From: Glaucostegus cemiculus
Lineage: Eukaryota
Length of the DNA: 64,000 bases
Direction of reading: 5' to 3'
NCBI GenBank assembly: GCA_976551045.1
Contig: CDPCPM010000060.1
Span: forward strand, 10,664,001-10,728,000
Program-made: the position numbers and the translations under genes
Notes under the pieces: model-generated
The model's input: only the letters and a program-made list of their open reading frames with translations
Databases searched by the model: none
Told to the model about the DNA's origin: nothing
Part shown: positions 11,658-24,615 of the stretch, one piece after another
Position numbering within the stretch: the stretch's first letter is position 1
Layout of the letters: every line of letters begins with the position of its first letter

Positions 11658-12576
11658 ATGACTACATAGACCTGAAAGTTACCATGGCACTTTTCTGAAG
11701 AGGAGTAACAAGTCCTCCCAGTTTCCTAACCAGTATTTTTCCTCCTCAATGAGTAGCACTAAAGCAGGTTACTGCATCTCAATTGCTGTTTGTGGCATCT
11801 ATACTTCTTTGGCAGAGACACCTTTTAGGATATCATAGTGGACGAAAAGCACAATTATAACTGCAAGTTCTTCATTCCTTTAGAGGAAAATTGCTCTTGT
11901 ATAAAAATAGCACAATAAAACATCATCAAATAAGCTGAATTAGCTTAGTTTGCATTCCCACACAATTAGTCACACTGCAAAAAATAATTTGATCACTTAC
12001 TTGATTACATATATGTTCTCCAGGGGATCATTTTCACTTCCGGATGACAGTTACTACATCAACAAATAAATTGTACAATTAATCAAGAGGTATTACCCAC
12101 AACTTTTTCAGACAAGTTTTAAAAATACTGCAGCAGTTTGTATGCATCCCAACTTAGTTATCAATGGTGGAAGTCAGAACAATTGATATGAATGTTTCCT
12201 GTTGCCAAACCACCAAGTTTTGCATAAATCATTGAGATTGCCTTGTGTAAACATTTTGTACTGGTTCATTCATGATCCCCCAGAGAACACATTTGCAGAA
12301 GTTGGATACCTGCACTTACAGATTTTAACTGTTTTGTTTTTAAATGCTTTGTGATATAGCATCCTGGTTTCATTGTTAAAAAGCAATTAATTTTGAAAAC
12401 ATCAGCTATATTTAAATTCATGACTTTCCTTGTGAGTTTTTTTCCAATTAAAACACTGGAAATTTGTTTTATTAACTATCTGATTTTATCTCTTTTAGGA
12501 AATCATAATTACAAAACCAGACAACAAATAATATTTTCAATAAAAATTCTGTAAGTATTATTTTCAGCAAGATAAT

Positions 12577-14450
12577 AAATTGGTTTATTATTGTCACATG
12601 TACTGAGGTACAGTGAAAAACTGGTCTTGCATACTGTTCATACAGATCAATTCATTACAACAGTGCTTTGAAGTAGTAAAAGGTAAAACAATAACAATAC
12701 AGAATAAAGTGTTACAGGTACAGAGAAAGTGCAGCACAGATAGACAGTAAGGTGTAAGGTCATTATGAGGTTGATTGTGTGGTTAAGAGTTCACCTGATT
12801 GGACTAGGGGACTGTTCAATAGTCTTATAACTGCAGGATAGAAGCTGTCCTTGAGCTTGGTAGTACATGATTTCAGGCTTTTATACCTTCTGCCTGATGG
12901 GAGAGAGGAGAAGAGAGAATGTCCGGGCTGGGTGAGGTCTTTGATTATGCTGGCTGCTTTACTGAGGCAGTGAGAGGTGAAAACAGAGTCCATGGAGGGG
13001 AGGCTAGTTTCTGCAATGTGCTGAGCTGTGTCCACGATTCTCTGAAATTTCTTGTGGTGATGGGCAGAGCAGTTACCATACCAAACTGTGATGCAGTTGG
13101 ATAGGATGCTTTCTATGGTTCATCGATTAAAAGTTGGTGAAGGTCAAAGGGGACATGCCAAATTTCTTTAGCCTCCCGAGGATGTAGAGACACTAGTGAG
13201 CTTTCTTGGCTGTGACACCAATGTAGTTAGACCAGGACAGACTATTGGTGATATTCACTAATGGGATCATGTGCACTGCCCCATGAAATCAATGACCAGT
13301 CTTTTGTTTTGCTGACATTGAGGGAAATGTTGTTATCATGACACCATGTCAGTAAGCGCTCTATCTCCTTCCTGTACTCTGACTCATCATTTGAGATATG
13401 GTCTACTACAGTGGTATCATCTGCAAACTTGTAGATGGAATTAGAGTAGAATCTGGCCACACAGTTGTGAATGTATAGGGAGTAGAGTAGGGGGCTGAGG
13501 ACCTAGCGTTGTGGAGCACCAGTGTTGAGAATAACCACGGCGGAGGTTTTGCTGCCTATCCTTACTGATTGTGGTCTGTTGGTCAGCAAGTCAACGATCC
13601 AGTTGCAAAGGGAGGTGTTGAATCCCAGATCTTGGAGTTTGGAGATGAGTTTGCTTGGAATTACAGTATTGAAGGCAGAGCTGCAGTTAATAAATAATAG
13701 TCTAATGTAGGTGTCCTTATTGTCCAGATGTTCCAGAGCTGAGCGTAGGGCCAGGGAGGTGGCATCTGCTGTAGAGCTGTTTCAATGGTACACAAATTGT
13801 AGTAGGTCAAGGTTGTCTGGGAGGCTGGAGTTAATGTGTGCTGTGACCAGCCTTTGGAAGTACTTCATGATGGTGGATGTCAGAGCCACTGGGCAGTAGT
13901 CATTAAGGTATGTAACCTTATTTTTCTTAAGTACTGAGACAGTGGTCTTCTTAAAGCAGGTGGGAACTACAGATTGAAGCAAGAAGATGTTAAAAATGTC
14001 TGCGAATACCCCCCTCAGCTGATCTGCATGGGGATCTAAAGACACCGCTAGCAACACCATCTGGGCCAGATGATTTCCATGGGTTCACTCTCTGGAAGAC
14101 TGAACTTGCGTCTGCATCAGTGATCGTGGGTTTAGGTGCACTGGAGGCTGTCGGGGCAGGTGGTGACATTCCAATCCCCTTCTGTTCAACATGGGATAGA
14201 ATGTGTTAAGCTCATTGGGAAGGTATGCGCTATTGTCGGCAATGCTGCCCGACTTTGTTTTGTAGCCCATTATAGCATGTAAGCTCTGCCACAACTGATG
14301 GCTGGTCTGGACTCTATTTTGAATTGGTGTTGTCTAATGGCATGTCTGATAGCTTTATAGAGGTCATATCGCAATTTCTTGTAAAGGTCAGAGTCACCTG
14401 ATTTGAATGCCGCAGTCATAGTCTTCAGTTGGGAGTGGATCTACTGGTTC
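12577..14450 (-). mobile_element. Rex1/Babar-like LINE, 5'-truncated, disrupted RT
   Basis: [55 protein letters not shown]...SFYPAVIRLLN; tail ACAATAATAAACCAAT. Confidence 0.9.
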
Positions 14451-14454
14451 TTCC

Positions 14455-16165
14455 TTAACAGATGAGACTGGGGAATTAATAATGGAAAATAGAGACACTT
14501 CAGAGATTCTGAATAATTATTTTGGATCACTCTTCACGGTAGAACAATAAAATCATCCCAATAACAATGGATAATCAAGGGGCTTTAGGGACAGAGGAAC
14601 TTCAACAATCTTTGTCACTAATGAGAAAAGTATTAGGCAAGCTAATGGGGTTAAAGGTTAACAAGTCTCTGGACTGGATAGCTTGTATCCTGGGGACCTT
14701 AAGGAAATAGTTGCAGAGAAATATGATGTGTTGTTTGTAATATACCAAAATACCCTGGATTTGGGAGAGGTCCAAGAGGATTAGAAAACTGCAAATCTGA
14801 TGCCACCATTTCAAGAAAGAGGGAAGTAGAAAGCAGGAAAGCCTATAGTTTACTAACATCTGTCTTTGGGAAAATATTGGAATCCATTATCAAGGAGGTA
14901 ACAGCAGGGCATTTAGAAAATCATAAGACCAATCAATCAGCCGTAATGGTTTTATGAAAGGGAAATTATGCTTGATAAACTTGCTGGATTTCTTTGAAAA
15001 TGTAATAAGCAGAGTGGATGAATGGGAATCAGAAAATGTATTTTCAGAATGCATCCAATAAAGTACTACTTAAGATGTTACAGAACAAGATAAAGAGTGC
15101 ATAGGGTTAAGGATAATATTATTGGCATTGACAATGAACAGAAAACAGAGAGTGGGATAAGTGGATCATTTTTGGGTTGATAATCCATAACTAGCTGGAT
15201 GCCACAGGGGTCAGATGTGAAACCTCAACTATTTATGTTAATGATTTAGATGAAGGGACCAAGTGTAGCCAAATTTGCTAATGATTCAAAGATAGTTCAG
15301 TTAGCAAATTGTGAGGCTGACACACCAGAGCTTGCAAAATAGTGTATATGCAGTATAGGTTAAGTGAGTGGGCAAGAAGTTAGCAGATGGAATATAACGT
15401 GGGGAATTCTGAGGTTATTCACTTTGGAAGAAAGAATGAAAATAATCAAATCATTACTTAAATGGACTGAGACTACAAAATGCCATGGTGCTAACGGATC
15501 TGGGGGTCCTAGTGCATGTAACACAAAGGCAGACAGGTGCAGTAAGTAATTAGGAAGGCTAATGGTGTGTTGGGTCATTGGAATAATGGAAAATGGAGTT
15601 TTGATGTCAGCTTATAAGATCCCGCTGCTACTTCACACTGCACTTGGAGCACTGCATATATATTTGGTATCCTTATTTAAGGAAGGATATACATGCATTG
15701 GAGACAGTAAAGAGAATGTTCACTAGGTTGATTCGTGGAATTGTGGGGTTGGTTTATGAAAAGAGGTTAAGCAGGTTGGGCCGTGCTCATTGGAATTTGG
15801 AGAATGAGTGGAAAGTTTCTTGAAATATATCAAATTTTTAAGGGGGATTAACAGGGTAGATACTGAGAGGTTGTTCCTTTTAGCGCAGATATCAAGAACG
15901 GGGGGCACAGTTTCAGATAAGGCATCACCCATTTAAGATCAAGATAATGTGTTGTGAATCTTTGGAATTCTGTACCACAGAGAGCTGTAGGGACAAAGTC
16001 AAGTTGGAATCTGACAGACACTTGAACTTTAAGGATGCCAGCAGGTTTGTGGAGAGAGTGGGAAAGTGGTGTGGGGGCCAAGATTGGATCAACTGTAATC
16101 TCATTGAAGGTGACGGCTTGAGGAACCAATTGGCTTAGTCCTGCTCCTGCTTCTTGTGTTCTTAT
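14455..16165 (+). mobile_element. CR1 LINE ORF2 fragment, degenerate
   Basis: RT-region remnants collinear with the better-preserved copy at 56020-58160. Confidence 0.85.
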
Positions 16166-16559
16166 TTTGCATTTGTAGCAATGTTTATAAATTAGACCTT
16201 TTTATTTCTCAAAAATTATCCTTAGCCTGTGTATCTAATGTACAAGTTATTCAAATTAATCACAAATTTGTTTACTCCTTTGTTATCCCTCTTGTGCATG
16301 GTATTGGTAATAAGTTTCAGTTATATTTGGAGTAGCTTCCACTCAGTGATTATGAATTGAAAGAATATCAAATCAATAGATTGAGTTGTTAATAAGTGAA
16401 TTACTCATAGTCTGTGCAAGTGTCAGCCTTGTTTAGTCGGTGGCACCTTTGAGTCTTTAAAGCTCTGGTTTAAGGTGATGTAAGCTTGGCACTATCCATT
16501 TAGAAAGTGCTGTAGTGTTGGAAGTATTATTTCTTAGAAAGCCCAGAGCTTGTTGCTCT

Positions 16560-17340
16560 ATTCGGTTTGATCATGGCTGAACTATATCTTTAGTCCAGTG
16601 CCATTGATCTATTATTACTTATAATAACTTACTTAACAAAAATTTAATTATCTCAGTTTTGAAATTTTCAATTAAGCTAATTTTAGTAGTGTTTTGGTGC
16701 CAAGGTGTCCAATATCTGAGAGAGGAAAGTAAAGTTGATGTAAAAGTTCAACCACGATTTATCAAATGAAGAAACAGGCTCTTTGAAGTGTATGCCCTAT
16801 CATTTTCTGACTTCCTTTCCTGACATCACCTTTGATTGGCACAACTCTAATTTTAAAGTTATGCCCCTCTGGAGTTTCCCACTGGAGGAAGCACAGTATC
16901 TACACCTTTAAATACCTCAGACACATCAAGCAGATCACCCTCCCAATCTTTACTCAAGGAAGATGAGCTTGAGCTGTGCAATCCATCTATATCTTTCTGG
17001 TAAATCTGTATTCACTACCATTGTGCCCCCTCTCCCTCTCAACTCTCCCAAGTCCAACATTGCTTAATATTTCCTTCCTGAGATAGAGTGCCTAGAACTT
17101 GACTTGATACTCTAAATCTGATTTTATCCATACTTTCACGTAACTGTCACATATAATTCCTTTCCTTTACCCTCCAGCTCTCTGGAGATTCTGAAGATAA
17201 AGGTTTTCAATAGATCAGACTGTTTTGTATTTATTCAGTAGTTTTCATTCAGTTGTGTACTTCAACATACCTGTAATATTTCCCCATAATTCCTGAATTC
17301 TCACCATTTAGAAAATAAGTCCCGAATGGATTGCCCACAT
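16560..17340 (-). mobile_element. Old CR1 LINE 3' fragment
   Basis: TTTGATCATGGCTGA 3' motif and decayed ORF2 end. Confidence 0.5.
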
Positions 17341-17632
17341 ATCCAGTTGGATGTAAATTTTGGAGGAGCAGTATGTTCTTCTGCAAGAATAGCATCAAAA
17401 AGGGACCAACTAATCATTCATTGAATTTGCAGTTTGTGAGACCTTATTGTATCTAAATTGACTCTATATTTGCTCAATAAAAGTGACTGGAATATAGTCA
17501 TAATGTATTCATTCTTGCCTCATGTTAGGTTTACTTAAAATATCTTTTTGTTTATTTTTATATGAAATTGTTGTGTGTTATATCTTGTACTACACTTTCT
17601 TTTTATTTCAGAATAATGCACAAGATGTACTG

Positions 17633-17756
17633 ATGTTTATGATCCTGACAACAATGGAGAAGGAAGGAATAACCTGTGATGCTCTGGAAAAGTTTTGCAG
17701 GAGTCATGAACAAACGTATGAGGAATTTCTGGAATCATTTATGCACCTTGGAAGAG
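17633..17756 (+). CDS. IFTAP: IFTAP/NWC (C11orf74) first coding exon; exon starts at 17612, start ATG at 17633 or 17654
   Basis: MFMILTTMEKEGITCDALEKFCRSHEQTYEEFLESFMHLGR matches the recalled IFTAP N-terminus (..LDKF.NCHEQTY.EFL.TF.HL). Acceptor TTTCAG at 17611, donor AG|GTAAGC, phase 1. Confidence 0.92.
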
Positions 17757-18041
17757 GTAAGCAGCTCTGTCGAATTGGATAAAAACTAGAATTTATTTTA
17801 TTCATTTACGGGATGTGGGTATCACTGTCTATGCCAACATTTATTGTGCATCCTTAACTGCTTCTGAACAGAGTGGCTAATGAAGACTGTGGACTGGAAT
17901 CTCAAATAGGCCAGATAGTGGGACTTGGGCCTGTAAATGTATTGGGCTTGCTTCTTGATACAACATAATGCCAAGCTTTGACTTATGAACAAAAGTAGTT
18001 TTTAAATTTCTCTATAAATATGATGGCCTTTTTATTTCCAG

Positions 18042-18178
18042 AGGACATGAAGAAACAAAATGCAGCACCTCCTGACATTGCGGAGGTATCAGAAGATGCT
18101 GGAAAATACCTAGAAATGAAGGATGTACTGACATACTCTCTTGAGAAGGGAGGACAGTCACTTAAGGATAATGAAGAG
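18042..18178 (+). CDS. IFTAP: IFTAP coding exon 2
   Basis: Acceptor TTTCCAG; a phase-1 join gives EDMKKQNAAPP...KDNEE. Ends at a GC donor GAG|GCAAGT (phase 0), compatible with the next exon. Confidence 0.8.
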
Positions 18179-18289
18179 GCAAGTTTTGAGCCAGAGATGC
18201 AGTCCGTAGGAGTTATCTCAACTTATCATGTTATATCGCTACTGATTTCTATCAAATATTTTCTGCAGAGGCAGTTCATTGGCGTATAG

Positions 18290-20390
18290 GAGAACATAAG
18301 AACATGGGCAATAGGAGCATGAGTAGGCCATTCAGCCCTTTGAGGCTGCTCCACCATTCATCAAGATCATGGCTGATCTTCTACCTCAGTGCCGTTTCTT
18401 GCACTATCCCCATACTCCTTGATTGCCTTACTATTCAGACATCTGTTAGTCTCAATTCTGAATGATCTCAAAGACTGAGCTTCCACAGTTTCTTGGTGTG
18501 GAGAATTCCAAAGATTCACCACTCCATGAAGAAACTTTGCTTCATCTCAGTTCTAACTAACCCTCCTTATTCTGAGAATGTGATCCCTGGTTCTAGACTC
18601 CTTGGTCAGGGAACAACCCTTCTTGCATCTAGCCTCTCATGCTGTGCAGGAAATTTCTAAGTTTTAGTGAGAACTCCTTTCATTCTTATAAACTTGAAAA
18701 CACAGGCCTAATCTATTCAGTCTCTCTTCTAATGGCAAATTTACCATCCCTGGAAGCAGTCTAGTGAATCTGCGTTGCACACTCTCAATGGCAAGCACAC
18801 AGCTTCACATGTAAGGAACCCAAAACTCCAGGTCCAGCCTCATCAAAGCCCTATAGAATTGCAGTAAAACTTCCTCACTTCTGCATTCGAACCATTGCTT
18901 AATAGAAGTCTTCCTAACTGTGTGCTACATCTGCATGTTAGCTTTCAATGATGTGTTCAAGCATGCCTTAATCACTTTGGAGACCAATGCTACTCAGTCT
19001 CTCACCATATAAAAATTGAATTGCTTTTCTGTTTTGTGCATTAAGTAGATGATACCATGTTTTTCCATATTATGTTCCATTTGCCATGTTCTTGCCAGTC
19101 ACTCAGATTGTCTTTATCCCTTATATCCTCTTCACAATCCCACTTAGTTTATCATTGACAACCTTGAAAAAATGGCTTTTAATTCCCCCAGCCAAATCAT
19201 TGATACACATTGTGAAAGCTGGGACCCAAGCACCAGTCTTTGCAGCACACCACTAGTCACAGTTTGCCAACCTGAAAAGGATCTGTTTATTTCTATACTT
19301 TGCTTTCTGTATAATTGCCAATTCTCATTTCTGTGCTCATTGTGGACCAGCCCCTTTATAGGACTTTATCAAAAGCCATGTGAAAATCCAAATACATCAA
19401 ATATAGGTAAGTTTCCAATTAACTATTCAACTTGTCACATTCTCAAAGAATTCCAGCAGATTAGTCAAATGTGATTTTACTTTCATTGGTCCATCCTGAC
19501 TCTGCTCAACCCTTTTATTCTTTCCGAGGTGTTCTGTTAAGGTATCTTCTCTTATAGATTCCAGTATTTTTACAACTATTGACATTATTGGTCTAATGGT
19601 GAGCCCCTGCTTTATCATCCCCTCCCTTTTGTTAAATCGTGAGACCACATTTGCTGTTCTCCAGTCTACAGGAACAATTCCAGAATTAGTAGAACCTTAG
19701 ATAATGATAATCAGAGCACCGACTTCTCTATAACCACCTCCTTCAAAGCTCTGGGAAGTACATTATCAATTCCTCGAGATTTATTGACTTTTAAACTCAG
19801 CAACTTTTCTAGTATGATTTCTTGATTTATACTTATTTCCTTCAATTCCTCATTCTTGTTATACTTTTGGTTCTCTAATATTTTTGGCAGTAGTTTTGTG
19901 TCTCCTGTGAAGACAGACACAGAGTAGTTATTTGACTTCTCTGGCAGTTCCTTATTCCCTCTTATAAATTCTCCCTTCTCTAATGGCCATACATTTGCCC
20001 TTATTGGCCTTTTCCTTTACATAGATTTTAGAGTCCGTTTTTGTTTCTTACTAGTCTGCTCATATATTTTAGCTTATCTTTTTTAATCAGTTTCTTGGGT
20101 CCAAACTGTGTTCTAAAGTGGTCCCAATTTGCAGGCCTACTGCTATTTCTGGCAATTTTATAAACCTCTTCCTTTGATTTAATGCCAATTTTAAATTCTC
20201 TTCTTAGCCATGAATGAATAACATTTCCTTCTGGTTTTTGTGTCAAAGGAATTTTTTTAAAATTTATGCATTATTTCCTTAAATGCCAGTCATTGCCTGC
20301 CAAACCTTTCTATTTGTTTTCCCAGTCATCCATAGACAACTCTCCCCTCATACTTTCATAGTTTCCTTTGCTAAGATTTAAACCTCTAGT
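18290..20390 (-). mobile_element. CR1 LINE fragment (resumes at about 20870 after a nested insertion)
   Basis: [54 protein letters not shown]; (AGAACATA)n tail. Confidence 0.88.
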
Positions 20391-20394
20391 CTTG

Positions 20395-20866
20395 GAGAGA
20401 AACTGCAGAGAGCGTATCACAGACACCAGCCTCCCTTCTGTGGACTCTGTCTTTACCTCTTGTTTTCTTGGCGAAGCAGCCAGCATAATCAAAGACCCCG
20501 CCCACCCAGGACATATTCTCTTCTCTCCCATCAGGTAGGAGATACAGGAGTCTGAGGGTACGAACCACCAGACTTAAGGACAGCTTCTACCCCACTGTGA
20601 TAAGACTATTGGAACGGTTCCTCTATACAATGAGATGGACTATGACTTCATGATCTACACCTTGTTGTGACCTTGCATTTTATTGCATTTTACTTTCTCT
20701 GTGACACTTTAGTCTGTACTGTTATTGTTGTTACTTGTGCTACATCAATGCACTCTGTACTAACTCAATGTAACTGCACTGTATAATGAATTGACCTGTA
20801 TGACTAGTATGCGAGTTAAGTTTTTCATTACCTCAGCACAAGTGACAATGATAAACCAATACCAAT
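20395..20866 (+). mobile_element. Rex1/Babar-like LINE 3' fragment nested in CR1
   Basis: Same 3' end as 12577-13030 and 30195-30570, ending GACAATGATAAACCAATACCAAT. Confidence 0.88.
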
Positions 20867-20939
20867 ACATCATTTTCAAACATAATACAAAATTCTGTTT
20901 TGTTATTGTCACTCTTCTCCAAATATCCCTGTACAACAA

Positions 20940-21080
20940 ATCAATGACTTTTCATCAAGTCATTGACTTGAAATGTTAAACTTTGTTTCTCTCTCCATAG
21001 AGGCTGCCTGACTTGCTGGGTATTTCCAACATTTTCTGTTCTTTATTTCAGATTTCAAGCATTTGTAGTATATTGCTTTT
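20940..21080. repeat. Degenerate short Penelope-associated terminal repeat
   Basis: GAAATGTTAA...GCTGCCTGACTTGCTGGGTATTTCCAACATTTTCTG, like 27270-27400. Confidence 0.55.
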
Positions 21081-21460
21081 TGACTTGTGCATACTAATTA
21101 TTTTAAAGAATTTATTCCCAATCATTGATCCACGTTATTCAGCAAGTTGACATTTCCCCAACCCTAACTTACCACAGTCTGTTTTTGATTCAATGACTGC
21201 ATTAAATTCTAGTTCATAGCTAGATGACAGGACTCTCTTGAAGTTTCCTTTCCATCACAATGGTACTTTGAAAGTAATAAGTAGTAACAGGGTGATTAGA
21301 AAACAGTAATAGAATTGAGCTGAGTCATCATCATTTCTTAATAGTAGATCATGTCTAATAAATCTGTTGGAATTTTTGAGGTTGTAACTAACAGTTTAAA
21401 TAAGGGTGAACTAGTTAATGTGTATTTGGACTTTTAGAGGCCTCTGACAAAATGCCACAT

Positions 21461-22430
21461 CAGAATCAGAATCAGAATCAGTTTTATTGTCACAACCACA
21501 TACATACAAAGTATGCAGAGGAGCGATATACCGTCCTCCTCAGGTGCTCGTCCCATACAAAAATAACATAACAACCAACAGAGAGACACATACACACTTG
21601 GCAGAATGCATAGTACAGATCATTACACCTTAAAAGCTAAGGGGATTGAACTTAAATTCAGGATCAATTTATCGATTTTCACTTACACGTATACATGTGC
21701 AAAAGACATCAAAGACAATAAAGGACACCGGGACAAAAACATCAAAACATTAACAGCCCCCCTGCCTCACCCCGCACCGACGACCACCTCCAACCCCCGC
21801 AGTCCTACAACCTCAGGGCCCACAGACCATCAACAACCTCCGGCCACAGTCCGACAGTCCGACCACCTCCGGCCCCGCAGGCCGACAACCCCCGGCTCCT
21901 TCGCCTCCGACTCCGCAGTCCGGCGGCCTCCGGCCCCGAATTCCGGCCCCGCAGTCCGGCGGCCTCCGGCCCCGAATTCCGGCCCCGCAGTCCGGCGGCC
22001 TCCGGCCCCGAATTCCGGCCCCGCAGTCCGGCGGCCTCCGGCCCCGAATTCCGGCCCCGCAGTCCGACGGCCTCCGGCCCCGAATTCCGGCCCCGCAGTC
22101 CGACGGCCTCCGGCCCCGAATTCCGGCCCCGCAGTCCGACGGCCTCGAGCCCCGCAGGCCGACCACCTCCGGCCCGAGCAGCCCCCTCACTGCCCGCATC
22201 CCGATGCCACCACGAGGCTCCCGGGCCTTCAAGACGCTGCCGCCTCTGATGAGCTCCGACGAGCCGTCGGAGCCGACAGTACCGACAACGACTCCATAAA
22301 ACGGCACACAAACATCAAGAACAAAGAACACACAAGAAAAAAACACAGAAAAACACTAGAAGACTAACAAAAAAAGACAAGGACTACAGACCTGGGAGAG
22401 GCCGCTGCAACCAGGTGCACCGCCATCTTC
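21461..22430 (-). mobile_element. Young non-autonomous retroelement (LINE-derived 5' end plus (GATTCT)n tail)
   Basis: Minus strand begins GAAGATGGCGGTGCACCTGG and ends ACAATAAAACTGATTCTGATTCTGATTCTG. Its 3' ~130 bp matches 52780-52920. CpGs are intact. Confidence 0.75.
21913..22146. repeat. GC-rich 36-bp minisatellite, 6.5 copies
   Basis: Unit CCGCAGTCCGRCGGCCTCCGGCCCCGAATTCCGGCC, head-to-tail with no spacers. Confidence 0.97.
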
Positions 22431-23775
22431 ATATAAGAGAGTCCACGGTATTTGGGTAATATTGAGGACAAAACCTAAAGAGCAGGGCTGAACAGGTTGT
22501 AAGCTGTGACCAGTGTGGTGTGACAGGGTTCCGTGCTGGGATCCCAGCTATTTACATTTTATTGTCAGTGACTTGGATGAGGGTTATAGAGTGTAATATT
22601 TCCAACCTTGCTGGTGACACAAAGCCAGTTGGCAGTGTGGGCCGTGAGGAAAATGCAAAGAGGACTTCAGAGGGATGTAGACAGGTATGTGAATGGGCAA
22701 GGATATGTTAGATAGAATATATAGTGGAAAAGGTAACTTAATTTTGAGTGAAAAAGTAGACTATTTTGTAAATGTCAGAGATTGGAATGTGTAGATGTTT
22801 AGAGGGATGTGGGTGACCTTGTACACAAAGTTAACATAGAGGTATAGCAAGCAATTAAGAAGGCATATGCTATATAAGTCTTTACTACAGGAAGATTGGA
22901 ATACAGAGATGTTTTTCTCCATTTATATAAGGACCTGGTGAGACTGTATTGTATTGTGTACAGCTCTGGTCTTCCTTACAAAGGATCTACTTGTGATTGA
23001 GGCAGTGCATATTTTCATCAGATTCATTCTTGGGCTGGCAGGTTTTATGGATGAGGAGAGTTTACACAGACTGGGCCTACTCCCTTGAGCTTAGAAGAAT
23101 GAGAGATGATCTCACTGAAATGTTCAACTTTCTTCAGGGGCTGAACTGTGTCTTTGTGGGACTGATGTTTACTTGACAGATGTGTCTAGAACTAGGAGTT
23201 AGAATCTCACAAAAAGAAGTTGGCCATTCAGGACATGGATGAGATGTAATTTCTTCAACAGAAGGTAGTGAGGACTGTGGAAGCTCAACTATGTTCAAGA
23301 TAGAAAATACATTTTTAAATGTTAGGAGAATCCAGAAAATGGAATTATTACATGAAAATAACACTGTCTTATTGAATGGTATAACTAATGGCCTACTCCT
23401 GCTATTTCTTATATTATTACCTATCTTAAATGTTGAACTGCTCCAATGTTAAGGTTAGTGTCAGCTGTCAGCTGGGTACTTGAACACCTGCTAAAGTGAG
23501 ATCATTATGATCTTCCTTGTATTATCAGTTAGGGTTTGTGGCTGTCATCACTAACCTTGACTAGATTAGAGCGATAAAGAACTTCTTTCACCAATGAGAC
23601 CAGGTCTGTTCTGCCTCAGTTCTGGCTTTTATCACTCATGGCACATCCCAACACTGTTTGATTAGGGTCCCCTTGAGATTCCTGAAGGTCAGCTTTTATG
23701 TACCTGGGAGCTATTCCCATCTACATGCTAGCAGCTATACCACATTTGAGATGTTGTGCAGTGTCGCCTAGAATT

Positions 23776-23990
23776 GGAGACACAAGAGACTGCAGATGCT
23801 GGAATCTGGAGCTGCACACAGAGGAACTCACTGGCTCAGGCAGCATCTAGGGAGGGAAATGGGCAGTTGATGTTTCAGGTCAAAACCTTTCAGCTCATCT
23901 GGCAATCCAGATGAAGAGTCTTGACCCAAAACATTGACTGTCCAATTCCCTCCATAGATGCTGCCTGATTTGCTGAGTTCCTCCAGAAGT
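23776..23990. repeat. Penelope-associated short element, two copies in inverted orientation
   Basis: GAGGAACTCA...CAGGCAGCATCTAGGGAGGGAA is mirrored by TTCCCTCCATAGATGCTGCCTG...TGAGTTCCTC. Confidence 0.8.
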
Positions 23991-24326
23991 ATTTGATTCA
24001 ATATTGAGGTCCTCTTTAAGAGCTAGAGCCTTGGTATTAGTTGGAGCTAGTGGATTCCCAGGTTATGAAAGGTATTTATGAAGTTACTAATGCATGTGCC
24101 TTAGTAGATCCTTGTGATGTGTGATTCAAGTCTGCACATGTTTTTGTGAGGTGTGATGAAGGCTTTTGCCTTTTCTGCTGTTTCGGGTTGTTCCAATCAA
24201 TTCTCCCATTTAACTTAAATCTCTGTCCTCTTGTTACTGTCATGTCTACTAAAGAAAATGGGTCCTTTTTGTTTACCCTATTAAAACTCGTGTGATTTTA
24301 CACACCTCAATTAAATCTCCCCTTTA

Positions 24327-24615
24327 GGCACGGTAGTGTAGCGGTTAGTGTAACACTATTACAGCACCAGCGACCTGGGTTCAATTCTGGCCGCTCTCTG
24401 CACGTAGTTTGTACGTTCTCCCCGTGTCTGCATGGGTTTCCTCTAGGTGCTCCGGTCTCCTCCCACATTCCAAGGATGTACGGGTTAGGAAGTTTTGGGC
24501 ATGCTATTTTGGCGGCGGAAGTGTGGCGACACTTGTGGGCTGCCCCCAGAACACTCCACACAAAAGATGCATTTCACTGTGTATTTTGATGTACATGTGA
24601 CTAATAAGGATATAA
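24327..24615 (+). mobile_element. tRNA-derived SINE (V-SINE type)
   Basis: TAGCGGTTAG A box, GGTTCAATTC B box, V-SINE core. Confidence 0.92.

Larger units (their letters stand above)
21330..23420 (+). mobile_element. CR1 LINE fragment split by an insertion at 21461-22430
   Basis: GTATTTGGACTTTTAGAGGCCTCTGACAAAATGCCACAT (YLDF.KAFDKVPH-like) resumes after 22430 with CR1 RT and 3' sequence. Confidence 0.8.

Noticed and set aside
21913-22146. 36-bp repeats as a CRISPR array
   Set aside because: Units are contiguous with no unique spacers, there are no cas genes, and the context is vertebrate.
21606-22367. 253-aa Pro/Arg-rich ORF and antisense 168/177-aa ORFs as genes
   Set aside because: They are by-products of a stop-free GC-rich minisatellite inside a retroelement.
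24327-24400. tRNA gene
   Set aside because: It is the tRNA-derived head of a SINE, continuous with the V-SINE core; the same applies at 4716, 8886, 11347 and 46800.
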